Positions 1 to 9,570 of a stretch of 45,680 nt of DNA are shown here, piece by piece (position 1 is the stretch's first letter; every line of letters starts with the position of its first letter). Below the pieces are notes generated by a model. It worked only from the letters and a program-made list of their open reading frames with translations, did not search any database and was not told the DNA's origin. This DNA comes from Elusimicrobiota bacterium (GTDB taxonomy: Bacteria > Elusimicrobiota > Elusimicrobia > Elusimicrobiales > UBA9959): assembly GCA_037137395.1 (NCBI GenBank), contig JBAXKK010000010.1, positions 1 to 45,680 of the forward strand, read 5' to 3'. A program made the position numbers and the translations under genes.

Positions 1-637
1 CTACGGCCCGCTTTAGGGCCGGATACATAACAGCTTCCATCCATTTGAGTCGCTCTATAACTTCCGGGGAATAAGCGCCGTAGCGCAGCACTTTACCCAA
101 GCCCTCGTTCATGGTAGCGTAAGCGTAATTGCCATACTCCTCGTTTTTAACGATAAAAACCGGCATCGAAGCTGAAATTATCCCGGCCATCGGACCCACC
201 GCGCAATGGTCGTGGCAGGGGGAAAACTTTATCTTGCCTGAGGCGGCCAGCTTTTCAGCCTCCTTTTCATTTCCGGCCAGGCTCTCGTAGATTAAAGCGC
301 CTATTACCGCGCCGCGCATCGGTCCGCACATGTTCGCCCATTTTACCGACGGGCCGGCGTGAAGTATGAGGTCTTTTTTCATTCCGGGAATAACATTAAT
401 AGCTTTATCAAGGCCGACCAGAGCTGGCCTTGAACTTAATATACGATCAAGCGCTTTCTTGTTGGCTGCAGCTATCTTTAGTGAATTTATTCGTACTTTT
501 TCAAATAATGTGGGGTCGGAGCTGAGCGGCGGCTTGAACTCAACCTGCACGGCCTTTACGCCCTTATCCGCCAGGCTATCACTAAAAGATTCCAGGCCGA
601 TGTTGACTACTTTCAGTTCGGATGAAAATAATTTCAT
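1..637 (-). CDS. DUF1116 family protein (YlbE/AllG- or YahG-like), truncated at window start
   Basis: Not in the ORF track. Manual translation from ATG at 637 (AAGGA upstream): MKLFSSELKVVNIGLESFSDSL...ILHAGP..WANMCGPMRGAVIGALIYE...FSPCHDHCAVGPMAGIISASMPV...NEGLGKVLRYGAY. These are DUF1116 motifs, and the gene lies next to fdrA. Confidence 0.88.
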   Translation of the reverse strand, partial: MKLFSSELKVVNIGLESFSDSLADKGVKAVQVEFKPPLSSDPTLFEKVRINSLKIAAANKKALDRILSSRPALVGLDKAINVIPGMKKDLILHAGPSVKWANMCGPMRGAVIGALIYESLAGNEKEAEKLAASGKIKFSPCHDHCAVGPMAGIISASMPVFIVKNEEYGNYAYATMNEGLGKVLRYGAYSPEVIERLKWMEAVMYPALKRAV

Positions 638-666
638 AAATTTTTCCTTATATCCTCTGCCACTAA

Positions 667-2238
667 TCATCTTGCATTAGCCATTATTCTTATTATTTCT
701 CCGGCCAGCCTGCACGCGCTGGCATTGGACGGCATCACCATAACGCCTGCCGCCCTTAAACCCTCAACAACTTTGGAGCGCACCTGAGGATCAGTTTCAG
801 TGCCCGTAACCGAGGCGACGATGGATATCCCCGCATTAGCCTTTAACGCCGCGCGGATGGGCGGCAGAATGTCCTCAAGCGGCCGCATATTGGAACCATA
901 GCCCAGAACGACATCCAGGAGCATAACCGCGGTCTCAGGGTTCGCGGCTTCGGAAACTATCAGTTTATTCCTGAGCGAAAAATCAATCATCGGGTGCGGA
1001 CGCCCCACGGTAAATTCATCCTCACCCATATCTATGACCGAATGCCCTTTCAACTTAAGAGAATTGGCGAGTTTGTATTTCTTATCAAGGGGGGTGTTGG
1101 ACCACATCGGGCCGACTATAGCGTTCAGAACTATCTGCGCCTCGCTGACAAAAGTTCCGCCGCTGAATAGTCCGCGGATATATTTTTGTTTTTCAGTCTT
1201 ATTCTTTGCCGCCGGGACGGCCATTTTCTCAACTTCAGTGTTTATGTCAAACAGGCGCTCTTTGGCCTTACGCGTGCTGCCGTCTTTGGCAAGATATACG
1301 GCTTTAAGCGCGGCTTCTTCCAGCGTGTGAGCGCAATGAAAATCATCCTTCCCTGGCAAGCTGGCTTCACCTCCCAGCATAATTGAAACAACAGGTTTAT
1401 TTATCTTTTTCACTTCTCGCAGGATCCCGGCCAGCACTTCCGGATGAGGGGGTTTTGAGACCATTAGAATAAGCGAAGTGTTTTTATCTTCCGCCAGAGC
1501 TTTCAAACCCTGGATGAAGGTAATGCCACCTATTTCTTTTTTCACGTCGCGCGAGCCGGTGCCGATGGCCTGGGAAACACCGGAACCTTCGTTAGAGATG
1601 AGGGTTGACACCTCCTGGAGACCGGTACCGGAGGCTGCGACAATGCCTATGGAACCTTTATTTACGGAGTTGGCAAAGGCCAGCGGCGCGCCGTTGATGA
1701 TGGCCGTGCCGCAGTCCGGGCCCATGACCAGAAGACCTTTTTTTAAAGCCGACTTTTTAAGTGCAAGTTCGGTCTCAAGAGAAATATTATCGGAGAAGAG
1801 CAAAACATGCAGGCCCTGTTCAAGGCAGTCCGCCGCCACCTTGCCGGCGAAACGCCCGGCTACGGAAATGACGGACATATTGGCCCCGCCCAGCATCTCA
1901 ACCGCGTTTGCTATACCCTTGGCCTTAACGCCTCCCAAAGCTGCCCCCTGAGCGGACTTGACCTTCCTGCTCAGAAGTTCCGCGGCTTTTTCAAGCGCCG
2001 CATCCGCACTCTTGAAGTCCTTCGCTTTAACCGTGATGACGAGGTCGTTATCTCCGGCCTTATCCAGCTCCGGATTATACAGCCCGGAACTTCTGACAAT
2101 GCCCTTATTTTCTTTTGTGGCCATGACGATGGCGGAATCTATCACTCCGCCGGCGGTATTGAGCTCTCTGGCGATCCTCATCAGCGACACCGAGTCGTGG
2201 TAAGCGCCCTTCATAACAGTCGATTTGACAAACATCAC
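667..2238 (-). CDS. fdrA: FdrA family protein (acyl-CoA synthetase-like; AllF-like)
   Basis: YHDSVSLM, VLLFSDN, LVMGPDCGTAIING, IGIVAASGTGLQEV, IRGLFSGGT, DMGEDEFTVGRPHPMID, LLDVVLGYG. AAGGAG SD; start may be GTG 2238 or ATG 2235. Confidence 0.92.
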   Translation of the reverse strand: MMFVKSTVMKGAYHDSVSLMRIARELNTAGGVIDSAIVMATKENKGIVRSSGLYNPELDKAGDNDLVITVKAKDFKSADAALEKAAELLSRKVKSAQGAALGGVKAKGIANAVEMLGGANMSVISVAGRFAGKVAADCLEQGLHVLLFSDNISLETELALKKSALKKGLLVMGPDCGTAIINGAPLAFANSVNKGSIGIVAASGTGLQEVSTLISNEGSGVSQAIGTGSRDVKKEIGGITFIQGLKALAEDKNTSLILMVSKPPHPEVLAGILREVKKINKPVVSIMLGGEASLPGKDDFHCAHTLEEAALKAVYLAKDGSTRKAKERLFDINTEVEKMAVPAAKNKTEKQKYIRGLFSGGTFVSEAQIVLNAIVGPMWSNTPLDKKYKLANSLKLKGHSVIDMGEDEFTVGRPHPMIDFSLRNKLIVSEAANPETAVMLLDVVLGYGSNMRPLEDILPPIRAALKANAGISIVASVTGTETDPQVRSKVVEGLRAAGVMVMPSNASACRLAGEIIRIMANAR

Positions 2239-2255
2239 AATGTTCTCCTTTAATT

Positions 2256-2342
2256 CGTAAAACGTAAAGCGGAAAGCGTAAAGAGTAACGGGATCAGGGA
2301 ATTCTTGTCTAACACTTTCCGCTTCCCGTTTTTCGCTTTACG
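2256..2342. repeat. Two-armed 7-bp-period degenerate tandem repeat
   Basis: CGTAAAA CGTAAAG CGGAAAG CGTAAAG AGTAACG, then a complementary arm CTTTCCG CTTCCCG TTTTTCG CTTTACG. Confidence 0.7.
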
Positions 2343-3171
2343 CTCTGCTGGCGCGCAGGCCCGCCTCACAGCCATAAATTAGTCCGGCACAAAAATCAGC
2401 GCCGGAAGTATGTCCGCTGCGAAGCGAAGCTTTTGCGGCCAGAATCAGCCGTTTATCGTCAAATCCCGCCATTGCGGCCAGCAGCTTTCCGGTCTTTTCG
2501 TTAACTCGCCCGTTATAGGCGCAGTAAGTGAACGAATGGGATATAAAGTTTTTGGTGTCGGCGTTGTCGTAAACGGAATTCCTGACATCCGACAAATCGA
2601 CCGATAGATTGACCTCAATAAAACTGAGCCCCGTGAGATACCCGCACAGGAAATCATCTCCGGAAGGAGTAAGTCCGAAGCCAAGGCCGCGTAAAGCGCG
2701 TGCGCCCTTCGCGTAGTCGCCGGTCTCAAGAAGGGCCGCGCCCTTTTTCATACTTTCCAGCATAGTCCGCTCGAACACAGTCTTAAAAGAATCCTCAGAA
2801 GAGAAAGAAAACAGAAAGCACATGCTTTTCGCCGGCGCGCTATGTCCGAAGAAATCCCTTAGCAAACACAGATTTTCTTTTAATAACTCCTGGCTCAGCC
2901 GCAACCGGGGGACCGCGGAATCGTAATTCGTTTCCGGGTCCACCTCAAGGCGGTTCTCATCAATATAAAGCGCCAGTTTGGTGACCCTCATACGACGCGC
3001 GCCTAGCGGCAGATGTTTCAGAACCACGTTAAGCGGGCCATTTCCCGTTTTGCGGCTTACCAGTGAAACCATAAAACCTCTGGGGCCTCGGAAATTCAGC
3101 GCGTTGTCAAAGGCGGAGTGCAGCGCGAAAGATCCCCGGGGTATGAGGTCGCCGTAGCCGAGTATTTTCAT
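2338..3171 (-). CDS. DUF2877 family protein (YlbF/AllH-like)
   Basis: LHSAFDNALN, GNGP, GLGFGLTPSGDDFLCG, GHTSGADFCAG; adjacent to fdrA and DUF1116. Confidence 0.88.
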   Translation of the reverse strand: MKILGYGDLIPRGSFALHSAFDNALNFRGPRGFMVSLVSRKTGNGPLNVVLKHLPLGARRMRVTKLALYIDENRLEVDPETNYDSAVPRLRLSQELLKENLCLLRDFFGHSAPAKSMCFLFSFSSEDSFKTVFERTMLESMKKGAALLETGDYAKGARALRGLGFGLTPSGDDFLCGYLTGLSFIEVNLSVDLSDVRNSVYDNADTKNFISHSFTYCAYNGRVNEKTGKLLAAMAGFDDKRLILAAKASLRSGHTSGADFCAGLIYGCEAGLRASRA

Positions 3172-3172
3172 A

Positions 3173-3934
3173 TCACATCCACGCCATCTGTTTTCTTTCT
3201 TTCAGGAAAGGGAACCTTTCGCGGGTCTTTAAAACCAGGTCTTTGGTCACATCTATTTCGGAAACGAAAATGCCTTCGCGGGTGCCGGCGTCCACGGCCA
3301 CTTTACCGAGCGGATCGTAACATATGGAGTTGCCTGAATATTCCACCTTGCCTTCAAAGCCTAAGCGGTCCACGCCGACGCAGTAAGCCTGGTTTTCCAC
3401 GGCTCTGGCGCGCAGCAGCGTCATCCATTGTTCGGCGCGGCGCATGGGCCAGGCCGCTATCACGATATAGAGATCAATTTCTCCGGCCATTTTCCAGAAG
3501 AGATAGGGAAACCGCAGATCGAAGCAGACCGCCGGCATAACCTTCAGACCTTCCAGCTCAAACACTTCCTGATTCGAGCCGGCCTTGTAGTATTTATCTT
3601 CGCCGCCGAAAGCGTAGAGATGTATTTTGGAATAAGTGTTAATCCGGTCGCCGTGCCTGTTCAGCGTTATCAGGTTGTTGAATCCATTCTCCACGCCACC
3701 GTAGGAAACATTGATATTATTCCTCTGGGCCAGGTCGCGGAAAAAATCCCGATCGGAGTCGCTAAGCTCAGCGGCGGCGGTGTTCATCGTAAACCCGCTC
3801 AAGGCCATCTCGGAGAAGATGAGCCAGTCTATTTCCTTTTTGCGGGGGCAGGCCTCGAACATTTCCGCTATCTTTTTCTTATTAGTTTCTTTGTCTTCCC
3901 ATTTGATGTCATACTGGCATAAGGCAATTCTCAT
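3173..3934 (-). CDS. Nitrilase/carbon-nitrogen hydrolase family amidase (YafV/omega-amidase-like)
   Basis: E-K-C triad motifs FSEMALSGF, YSKIHL, VCFDLRFP; also LLRARAVENQAY. Confidence 0.9.
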   Translation of the reverse strand: MRIALCQYDIKWEDKETNKKKIAEMFEACPRKKEIDWLIFSEMALSGFTMNTAAAELSDSDRDFFRDLAQRNNINVSYGGVENGFNNLITLNRHGDRINTYSKIHLYAFGGEDKYYKAGSNQEVFELEGLKVMPAVCFDLRFPYLFWKMAGEIDLYIVIAAWPMRRAEQWMTLLRARAVENQAYCVGVDRLGFEGKVEYSGNSICYDPLGKVAVDAGTREGIFVSEIDVTKDLVLKTRERFPFLKERKQMAWM

Positions 3935-3954
3935 TATGGTACATCCTTGTTGTT

Positions 3955-4045
3955 AGTCTAAAGTCTCAAGTGTAGAGTCTTTAGAGATTGAAGAGGACCT
4001 CTTCATTGTCTACTATAGACTTCAGACTTTCGACTTTAGACTATT
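3955..4045. repeat. Two-armed 7-bp-period degenerate tandem repeat overlapping the 3' end of the Mo-subunit gene
   Basis: AGTCTAA AGTCTCA AGTGTAG AGTCTTT ... AGACTTC AGACTTT CGACTTT AGACTAT. Confidence 0.7.
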
Positions 4046-6430
4046 TTTTACGGCCAGCGCCACTTTCTCTTTCGTCACCGGCATGGATTTTATCCGTACG
4101 CCGAGAGCGTCTTCCACGGCGTTAGCGATAAGGGGGGCCGCAGGTATCATGGTATGTTCACCCACGCCGCGCGCGCCGTAAGGGCCATCGGGCTGTGCCA
4201 CCTCAATTATTATCGGCACCACGACTTCAGGCATATCCATGGCTGTGGGAATTTTGTAATCCGAGAAGTTCGCGTTAAGCAATTTACCTTTGTCGCTGAA
4301 GCGCATATCCTCGTAGAGCACGGTGGCGAAGCCCTGCAGCAGCCCGCCGACTATCTGGCCTTTAACAAGATCGGGGTTTATGGCCTTTCCGCAGTCCACT
4401 GCCAGCACCGCCTTTTTTATCTTCATCTTGCCGGTCTCACGGTCGACTTCAAGAATGATCCCGGCCGAGCCGGTGGTGTAATGCACATTGGGATGGCCAC
4501 CCTGGCCGGTTTCAGGATCTCCAATGGCGGAAGTAAATTCCGGCATAAACATGCCGGAGCCCATTATGGGGCCGCCCTTGAAAGTATGGTCATCGGCCTG
4601 TATGCCGTTGATGACGAAATCCCGCAGGCGCAGCTCAAAGTCAGATTTGGCGCGGCATTTAACTTTTTCGTCTTCGAGGTAAAGCGAGCTCTTATCCAGG
4701 CAGTGAACGCGCTGGACGAGGTCGAAGATCTTCTCCCTGGCCTCCAGCGCAGCGCGTTTGACCGCGTTCCCGCAGCCCCAGGTGACATGTGAGCCCACCG
4801 TCTGCCACTCGTACGGATTGCGGTCGGTATCAGGGGTTTCAACGCGAATCTTGTTCACGGGCACGCTGAGAACTTCCGACGCTATCTGCGCCATCACCGT
4901 CAGAAGGCCCTGGCCGATCTCCATGCCGGAGACCAGAATATTTATGCTGGCGTCCTCGTTAAATTTCAGGAAGGCGCTGGAACTGGCGTTGGGGGGCATG
5001 GCGGGAGATTTCCAGAAACAGACCAAAGCTTTGCCTATGGCCTTATTCGGGTCTTTTGACTTTTCCCTCACGCCCCACTTTATTTCCTTTTCAACTTTTT
5101 CTATGGCTTCCCTGATGCCGTTGGGGTTCATGTGCGCGCCGTAAGGCAGGGTGTCGCCTTCTTTTATGGCGTTCTTTTTGCGGAAGGCAACGGAGTCCAT
5201 GCCAAGCTTGTCAGCCATGCGGGTGATGTGCGATTCCAGCCCGAAGAGGAACTCTGAATAGCCGAAGCCGCGGTAGGGCCCGCCGGGGGGAAGATTAGTG
5301 TAGATGCACATCGAATCAATTTTCAGATTGTCCACTTTATAGGGGCCGCTGGCCGACAGGCCCGCGGCGTTCACGACGTTGGCGCCGTATTCCACGTAAG
5401 CGCCTGCGTCCCAGTAAAGCTGGAAGTCCAGCGCTGTTATGCGGCCGTCTTTTTTTACGCCCATTTTCACCTTGGCGGTGACGCCCTGGCGCTGATAGGT
5501 GTTGTAAAATTCCTGGGCGCGGCTCCAGAGGACCTTTATTGGTCTGCCGGGCACCGACATGGCCAGCGCCGCGCCGATTATTTCCATGCTGACCCCGGCC
5601 TTGCCGCCGAAGCCGCCACCGATATAAGTGCTGATAACGCGAACATCCTTGTGGCTGATACCGAAGGGCTCAAGCGCCTGGGCGAAAACATTGCGCTGAG
5701 TGAAGGGGGATTGAGAAGAGGTCCACATCGTGAGGCGGCCGGATTCGTCCAGCAGGCCGATCACTGAATGCGGCTCTATGGCGCAATGCGCGTATCTGGG
5801 GACAGTATATGTATCTTCCATCACAAGGTCGGCGTCTTTGAAGCCTTTGGCGAGGTCGCCCTTGCGGGTTTTACGCCAGTGGGCGATATTGGTGCCGGAC
5901 TGGGGGAAGAACCAGGGGACATGGCGGTAACTTTTTAAATCGGGGTGCACGAGGGGGGAATTCTTTTCAAGCGCTTTTACGGGGTCGAGGACGGGGGTGA
6001 GTTCTTCGTATTTAACTTCAACGAGGGCGGCACCGCGCATGGCTATCTTGGGGTCGGTTGCGACTACGGCCGCGACTTGTTCTCCGACGAAGCGCACGGT
6101 GTCGGTGGCGAAAACATAGCGGTCGGTCATATAGAGGCCGAACTTATGGGTGAAGCTGCGGCCGGTGACAACTTTTACCACGCCGTGGAGCTTTTCGGCT
6201 TTGGAGGTGTCAATGGATTTTATTTTGGCGTGCGCGTAGGGGCTTTCAACTACGGCGGCAAAAAGCAGCCCGGGGCCGAATTCCAGGTCGTCGGTATATT
6301 TCGCCGCGCCCTTGATCTTCTCCCACCCGTCCACGCGCAGGACGGACTTGCCTACAACCAGGAGTTCCTCATCGGCCTTTTGAAATTTCACGCCCTTCTT
6401 GTTTTTAGTGATAAGTTTCTGAAGATCCAT
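4022..6430 (-). CDS. Xanthine dehydrogenase family Mo-hydroxylase, molybdopterin-binding large subunit
   Basis: VGKSVLRVDG..K..G.AKYTDD, SSQSP, GGGFGGK, YRGFG, EIGQG, GARGVGE (catalytic Glu); GAGG SD. Confidence 0.93.
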   Translation of the reverse strand: MDLQKLITKNKKGVKFQKADEELLVVGKSVLRVDGWEKIKGAAKYTDDLEFGPGLLFAAVVESPYAHAKIKSIDTSKAEKLHGVVKVVTGRSFTHKFGLYMTDRYVFATDTVRFVGEQVAAVVATDPKIAMRGAALVEVKYEELTPVLDPVKALEKNSPLVHPDLKSYRHVPWFFPQSGTNIAHWRKTRKGDLAKGFKDADLVMEDTYTVPRYAHCAIEPHSVIGLLDESGRLTMWTSSQSPFTQRNVFAQALEPFGISHKDVRVISTYIGGGFGGKAGVSMEIIGAALAMSVPGRPIKVLWSRAQEFYNTYQRQGVTAKVKMGVKKDGRITALDFQLYWDAGAYVEYGANVVNAAGLSASGPYKVDNLKIDSMCIYTNLPPGGPYRGFGYSEFLFGLESHITRMADKLGMDSVAFRKKNAIKEGDTLPYGAHMNPNGIREAIEKVEKEIKWGVREKSKDPNKAIGKALVCFWKSPAMPPNASSSAFLKFNEDASINILVSGMEIGQGLLTVMAQIASEVLSVPVNKIRVETPDTDRNPYEWQTVGSHVTWGCGNAVKRAALEAREKIFDLVQRVHCLDKSSLYLEDEKVKCRAKSDFELRLRDFVINGIQADDHTFKGGPIMGSGMFMPEFTSAIGDPETGQGGHPNVHYTTGSAGIILEVDRETGKMKIKKAVLAVDCGKAINPDLVKGQIVGGLLQGFATVLYEDMRFSDKGKLLNANFSDYKIPTAMDMPEVVVPIIIEVAQPDGPYGARGVGEHTMIPAAPLIANAVEDALGVRIKSMPVTKEKVALAVKNSLKSKV

Positions 6431-6478
6431 ATCTACCTCTCAATATTGTACCGCTTTAACCTGATTACCGGCAGACTT

Positions 6479-6612
6479 GCCAGTTCGGGATGGCCGCAGC
6501 GGCCAGTTCGGGGTCATGTCGACGGGCAGCCTTTTTGCGTTCCCTCGGAGACCTGCGGGGTCAAAAATGCTGCCCATCGCCACCCCTCCAATTCCTCATC
6601 CGTCGCGGACTA
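6479..6612. repeat. Palindromic intergenic element (REP/MITE-like hairpin)
   Basis: GGGCAGCCTTTTTG (6524-6537) pairs with CAAAAATGCTGCCC (6562-6575) with 1 mismatch; GCCAGTTCGGG is directly repeated at 6479 and 6502. Confidence 0.6.
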
Positions 6613-6628
6613 TGCTTACAGTCTTGAC

Positions 6629-7261
6629 TTAATTTTGAGCCCAATTCTCTAATATAAATCTCGCACCTTCATTTTTACAGTTTGTAAATCGGCTATTTCC
6701 AATTATGTCAAAATAATCAATCCTTACATCTGCGAGGTCTTTAAGGATGTTCACGGCTTCTTCACCCTCATATAGTATTACGTTTTGACCCTTACTCAAC
6801 ATATCAAACCTTATGCGTGGGAGATTGACATGAGAAGTTTTGTTGAAACGGACTCTGACATTTATCGCTGAACCATTTCCGATATTTACAACAGAGATCC
6901 TATAAATATCGCGTGGCCCAAACATAACGGTAGTACTTGTTAAATCCGCAGGCTCGGAAATCCTATCCAGATCAATAGTTAGGAGTGGACGATTTGCCAA
7001 TTCTGTCGCGAATCTAGTTTCTTTACGTAACTTCACTGTTTCTAGTGTATACCACAGGATTGCGATAAACGTCACAAAAATCACCCAAGTACTAAAGGAG
7101 GAATTTGAGAAAAAAGATGCTATATCTCGATATTTCCAGGCGCTTAGCAACGCAGGACATAGCGAAGCCGACGAAGCCAGGAAAAGAACCGTTATAAAAA
7201 CAAACGACTCATTTAACAAAAACAATTCGATATTATTAAAACCCTTTCTTATGCCTTTCAT
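6629..7261 (-). CDS. Hypothetical membrane protein
   Basis: 210-aa AT-rich ORF with two N-terminal hydrophobic segments, then ILWYTLETVKLRKET..ANRPLL..VVNIGNGSAINV. Confidence 0.65.
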   Translation of the reverse strand: MKGIRKGFNNIELFLLNESFVFITVLFLASSASLCPALLSAWKYRDIASFFSNSSFSTWVIFVTFIAILWYTLETVKLRKETRFATELANRPLLTIDLDRISEPADLTSTTVMFGPRDIYRISVVNIGNGSAINVRVRFNKTSHVNLPRIRFDMLSKGQNVILYEGEEAVNILKDLADVRIDYFDIIGNSRFTNCKNEGARFILENWAQN

Positions 7262-7298
7262 ACGCTATCAAGTCCACCTATTACTTTTAACTCGCCAC

Positions 7299-7640
7299 TT
7301 AAACCTCATCTATAGGTTTTCGAGAAATTAATGCCCAACCTTCTCGCCCATCCCTGAATTTCAGCCCACGTGCACCTATTTCAATAAGTAATAATCTACA
7401 ATCCTCGACTTTGGTCCCTGTATTTAACGATAATGTTTCTATTGAGCGTCCGTCGTTGAATCTGGAGTCATCCAGCATTTTTTTCAACATCATTCTTCGA
7501 GGACCACTAATTTTTTCGTCCAATCTTTTTTCGCGCCATTCCTCCATCTTTCTGGGCCCATAATAAGAGGAGACCAGTGTTCCCAAAACACCCACGATAC
7601 CGCCTAACAATCCCCCTACTATTCCAGATATTAAGTCCAT
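7299..7640 (-). CDS. Hypothetical protein with N-terminal Gly-rich transmembrane helix
   Basis: 113-aa ORF with GAGG SD; GIVGGLLGGIVGVLG TM segment followed by a small soluble domain. Confidence 0.72.
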   Translation of the reverse strand: MDLISGIVGGLLGGIVGVLGTLVSSYYGPRKMEEWREKRLDEKISGPRRMMLKKMLDDSRFNDGRSIETLSLNTGTKVEDCRLLLIEIGARGLKFRDGREGWALISRKPIDEV

Positions 7641-7710
7641 AATAAATCGCCTCGTAAATATCCAGCAGATCTAACCACAAAAGATTCCAATCGACCGGTC
7701 TATCCCTACA

Positions 7711-8004
7711 TTAATCAAATGGGTTTCCGCCTGTAAGCTTAGCCTTCACCTTATCTATATCCACCTGAATACCTGCTCGATAAGGGTTGGGACTATCCAG
7801 ATTCATGGCCGTGTTAAAATCATCCAAGGCTGTTGTATAGTCACCTTGGGCATAATAGACTTGTCCACGCTTCCAAATCCAAAATGTATTCTTAGGATCA
7901 ATTTTTAAGGCCTCTGCGTAGTCAGAAAGAGCTTTCTTATAGTCACCTTTCTCCTTATAAATCCCACCACGCGCCCTAAGAGCATTCGCATTCTTTGGAT
8001 CCAA
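7711..8004 (-). pseudogene. C-terminal TPR fragment, in frame with 8041..9570 after a single TAA
   Basis: The reading frame continues across the stop: LDA*EKSCRDYAEAIRLDPKNANALRARG. TPR consensus throughout. Confidence 0.75.
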
Positions 8005-8040
8005 ACGTATGGCTTCAGCATAATCCCGACACGATTTTTC

Positions 8041-9570
8041 TTACGCATCCAAGTAAGATGTGTTTTTAGAATTCCCAGGGGTAAATTTTTCTCCTTGATT
8101 CCTAAAAGATCCCAGACGAAAGTTCCCTCTCATGATATATGCCTCTGCTAAGCCTTCATGTATCGTTCCCAATACTTCTTTTGGTGCAATCTGAGAACCT
8201 GCATTTAAATCGCTAATTGCCAAATCATATTCATGCCGCTCAAAATACACAGTGCCTCGCATAATATACCACATATAGTTCGGCGGCATAAAAGAAAGAG
8301 CACTGTTAAAATCTTTAAAAGCTAGATCAATATATTTTTCACATTTTACGAATACAGATAGCCATCTCTTAATAATGGCAGGGTCCTCTTTGATAGCCTT
8401 TGCGACAAATTCTCCCTCTTCTGATTTTGGTGTGGTAAATGATGGAAGTTCACAAGTACTTCTCAAGTCTTGCAAATAACCCTCAGTTTTTGCGGGGTTA
8501 TATTGTATTGCAGAGATGGTGTTATCGATTAGTTGATTTTTTCTATTGTAATACGAAAGACCTCTCGCGTAAAAAGAGTCCCCAGATAACTCAATGGCCA
8601 AAGCTTTGTCAAAATCTTCAATTGCCCTATCATATTCTCCCTTCAATATATAAATCGCTCCCCGATTATGGTACACAAGGTGAGTTTGGGGACTTATCTG
8701 TACAGCACTATCTGAATCTGCAAGCGCATTGGCAAAATCGCCAGTTAGCGCAAAAGCCTCAGCTCGCGCCATATATAAATATCCAAAAACGTGCACCATG
8801 GTTTTATCGGTGGTTTCAATAACTTTGGTGTAGTCCTTTATTGCCTTTCCATACTCCTTATTATTAGAATAAGCAAAACCACGACTCATGTACGCCAACC
8901 AATAAATCGGATTGATATTTAGCGCAATACTAAAGTTTGCTATGGCCTTGTTATAATCGTTTAAATCAGAACTAAGCCTGCCTTTTTCATAAAACTTCGC
9001 GGCATCTTTAGTGTTTTCCGCAGCGAGAGTCTCAACCTCCGCCTTCTCGAGTAATTTTCTATAATAATCCAACCAATCCTTTGCAATAACACCTGAATAC
9101 GCAGAGAGCACTTCTCCTGAAGCCACATCCACCATCCGCAAATTCAACTCCACGCGATCATATGGGAGTTCTGTAAGCGTTCCCACAACCACCCAATCGG
9201 CACCCAGCATTTCCCCGATTTTCTTGATAGAACCACTTTCAATAGCACCGGAATTTTGGAATTTCAGTTCTTCGAATATTTTTTCTTTCTCTTTCCTTTC
9301 AACAACTCGAGTATTCTTGCTCTTCACCAGTTCAGTAGTTATTCTTTCACTTACGACCTCACCGTCTCTTGAATCTCGTCCATCAGAATATGAAAATTCC
9401 GCCACAGCTATTTTCTTGTTTACCTCTTTTCTGTTTTTAAGCAGTTCACCCGCAATAGTGGCGTAGTCTCCGGTGACAACTCGAGATTTGGCATAAACTA
9501 CACCCCAAAAGGGGAATAAGAGCAGGATACCAATAGATATTTTAAACATAAGGTTCATATCCCAACACAC
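8041..9570 (-). CDS. Exported FlgO/CsgG-like domain + tetratricopeptide repeat protein (truncated by premature stop)
   Basis: Signal-peptide-like N-terminus (true start probably ATG 9558 or 9549); KIAVAEF..VSERITTELV..VVER..IGEMLGADWVVVGTL..LNLRMVDVASGEVL; multiple TPRs (AYMSRGFAY, VYHNRGAIY..GEYDRAIEDFDKAL). Confidence 0.82.
   Translation of the reverse strand: MCWDMNLMFKISIGILLLFPFWGVVYAKSRVVTGDYATIAGELLKNRKEVNKKIAVAEFSYSDGRDSRDGEVVSERITTELVKSKNTRVVERKEKEKIFEELKFQNSGAIESGSIKKIGEMLGADWVVVGTLTELPYDRVELNLRMVDVASGEVLSAYSGVIAKDWLDYYRKLLEKAEVETLAAENTKDAAKFYEKGRLSSDLNDYNKAIANFSIALNINPIYWLAYMSRGFAYSNNKEYGKAIKDYTKVIETTDKTMVHVFGYLYMARAEAFALTGDFANALADSDSAVQISPQTHLVYHNRGAIYILKGEYDRAIEDFDKALAIELSGDSFYARGLSYYNRKNQLIDNTISAIQYNPAKTEGYLQDLRSTCELPSFTTPKSEEGEFVAKAIKEDPAIIKRWLSVFVKCEKYIDLAFKDFNSALSFMPPNYMWYIMRGTVYFERHEYDLAISDLNAGSQIAPKEVLGTIHEGLAEAYIMRGNFRLGSFRNQGEKFTPGNSKNTSYLDA

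Noticed and set aside
5945..6652. 235-aa plus-strand ORF
   Set aside because: Antisense shadow of the Mo-subunit gene running through the hairpin element; no recognisable motifs.
8041..8043. Selenocysteine/pyrrolysine or alternative genetic code at the TPR stop
   Set aside because: The codon is TAA, not TGA or TAG, and TAA terminates many core genes in this window.
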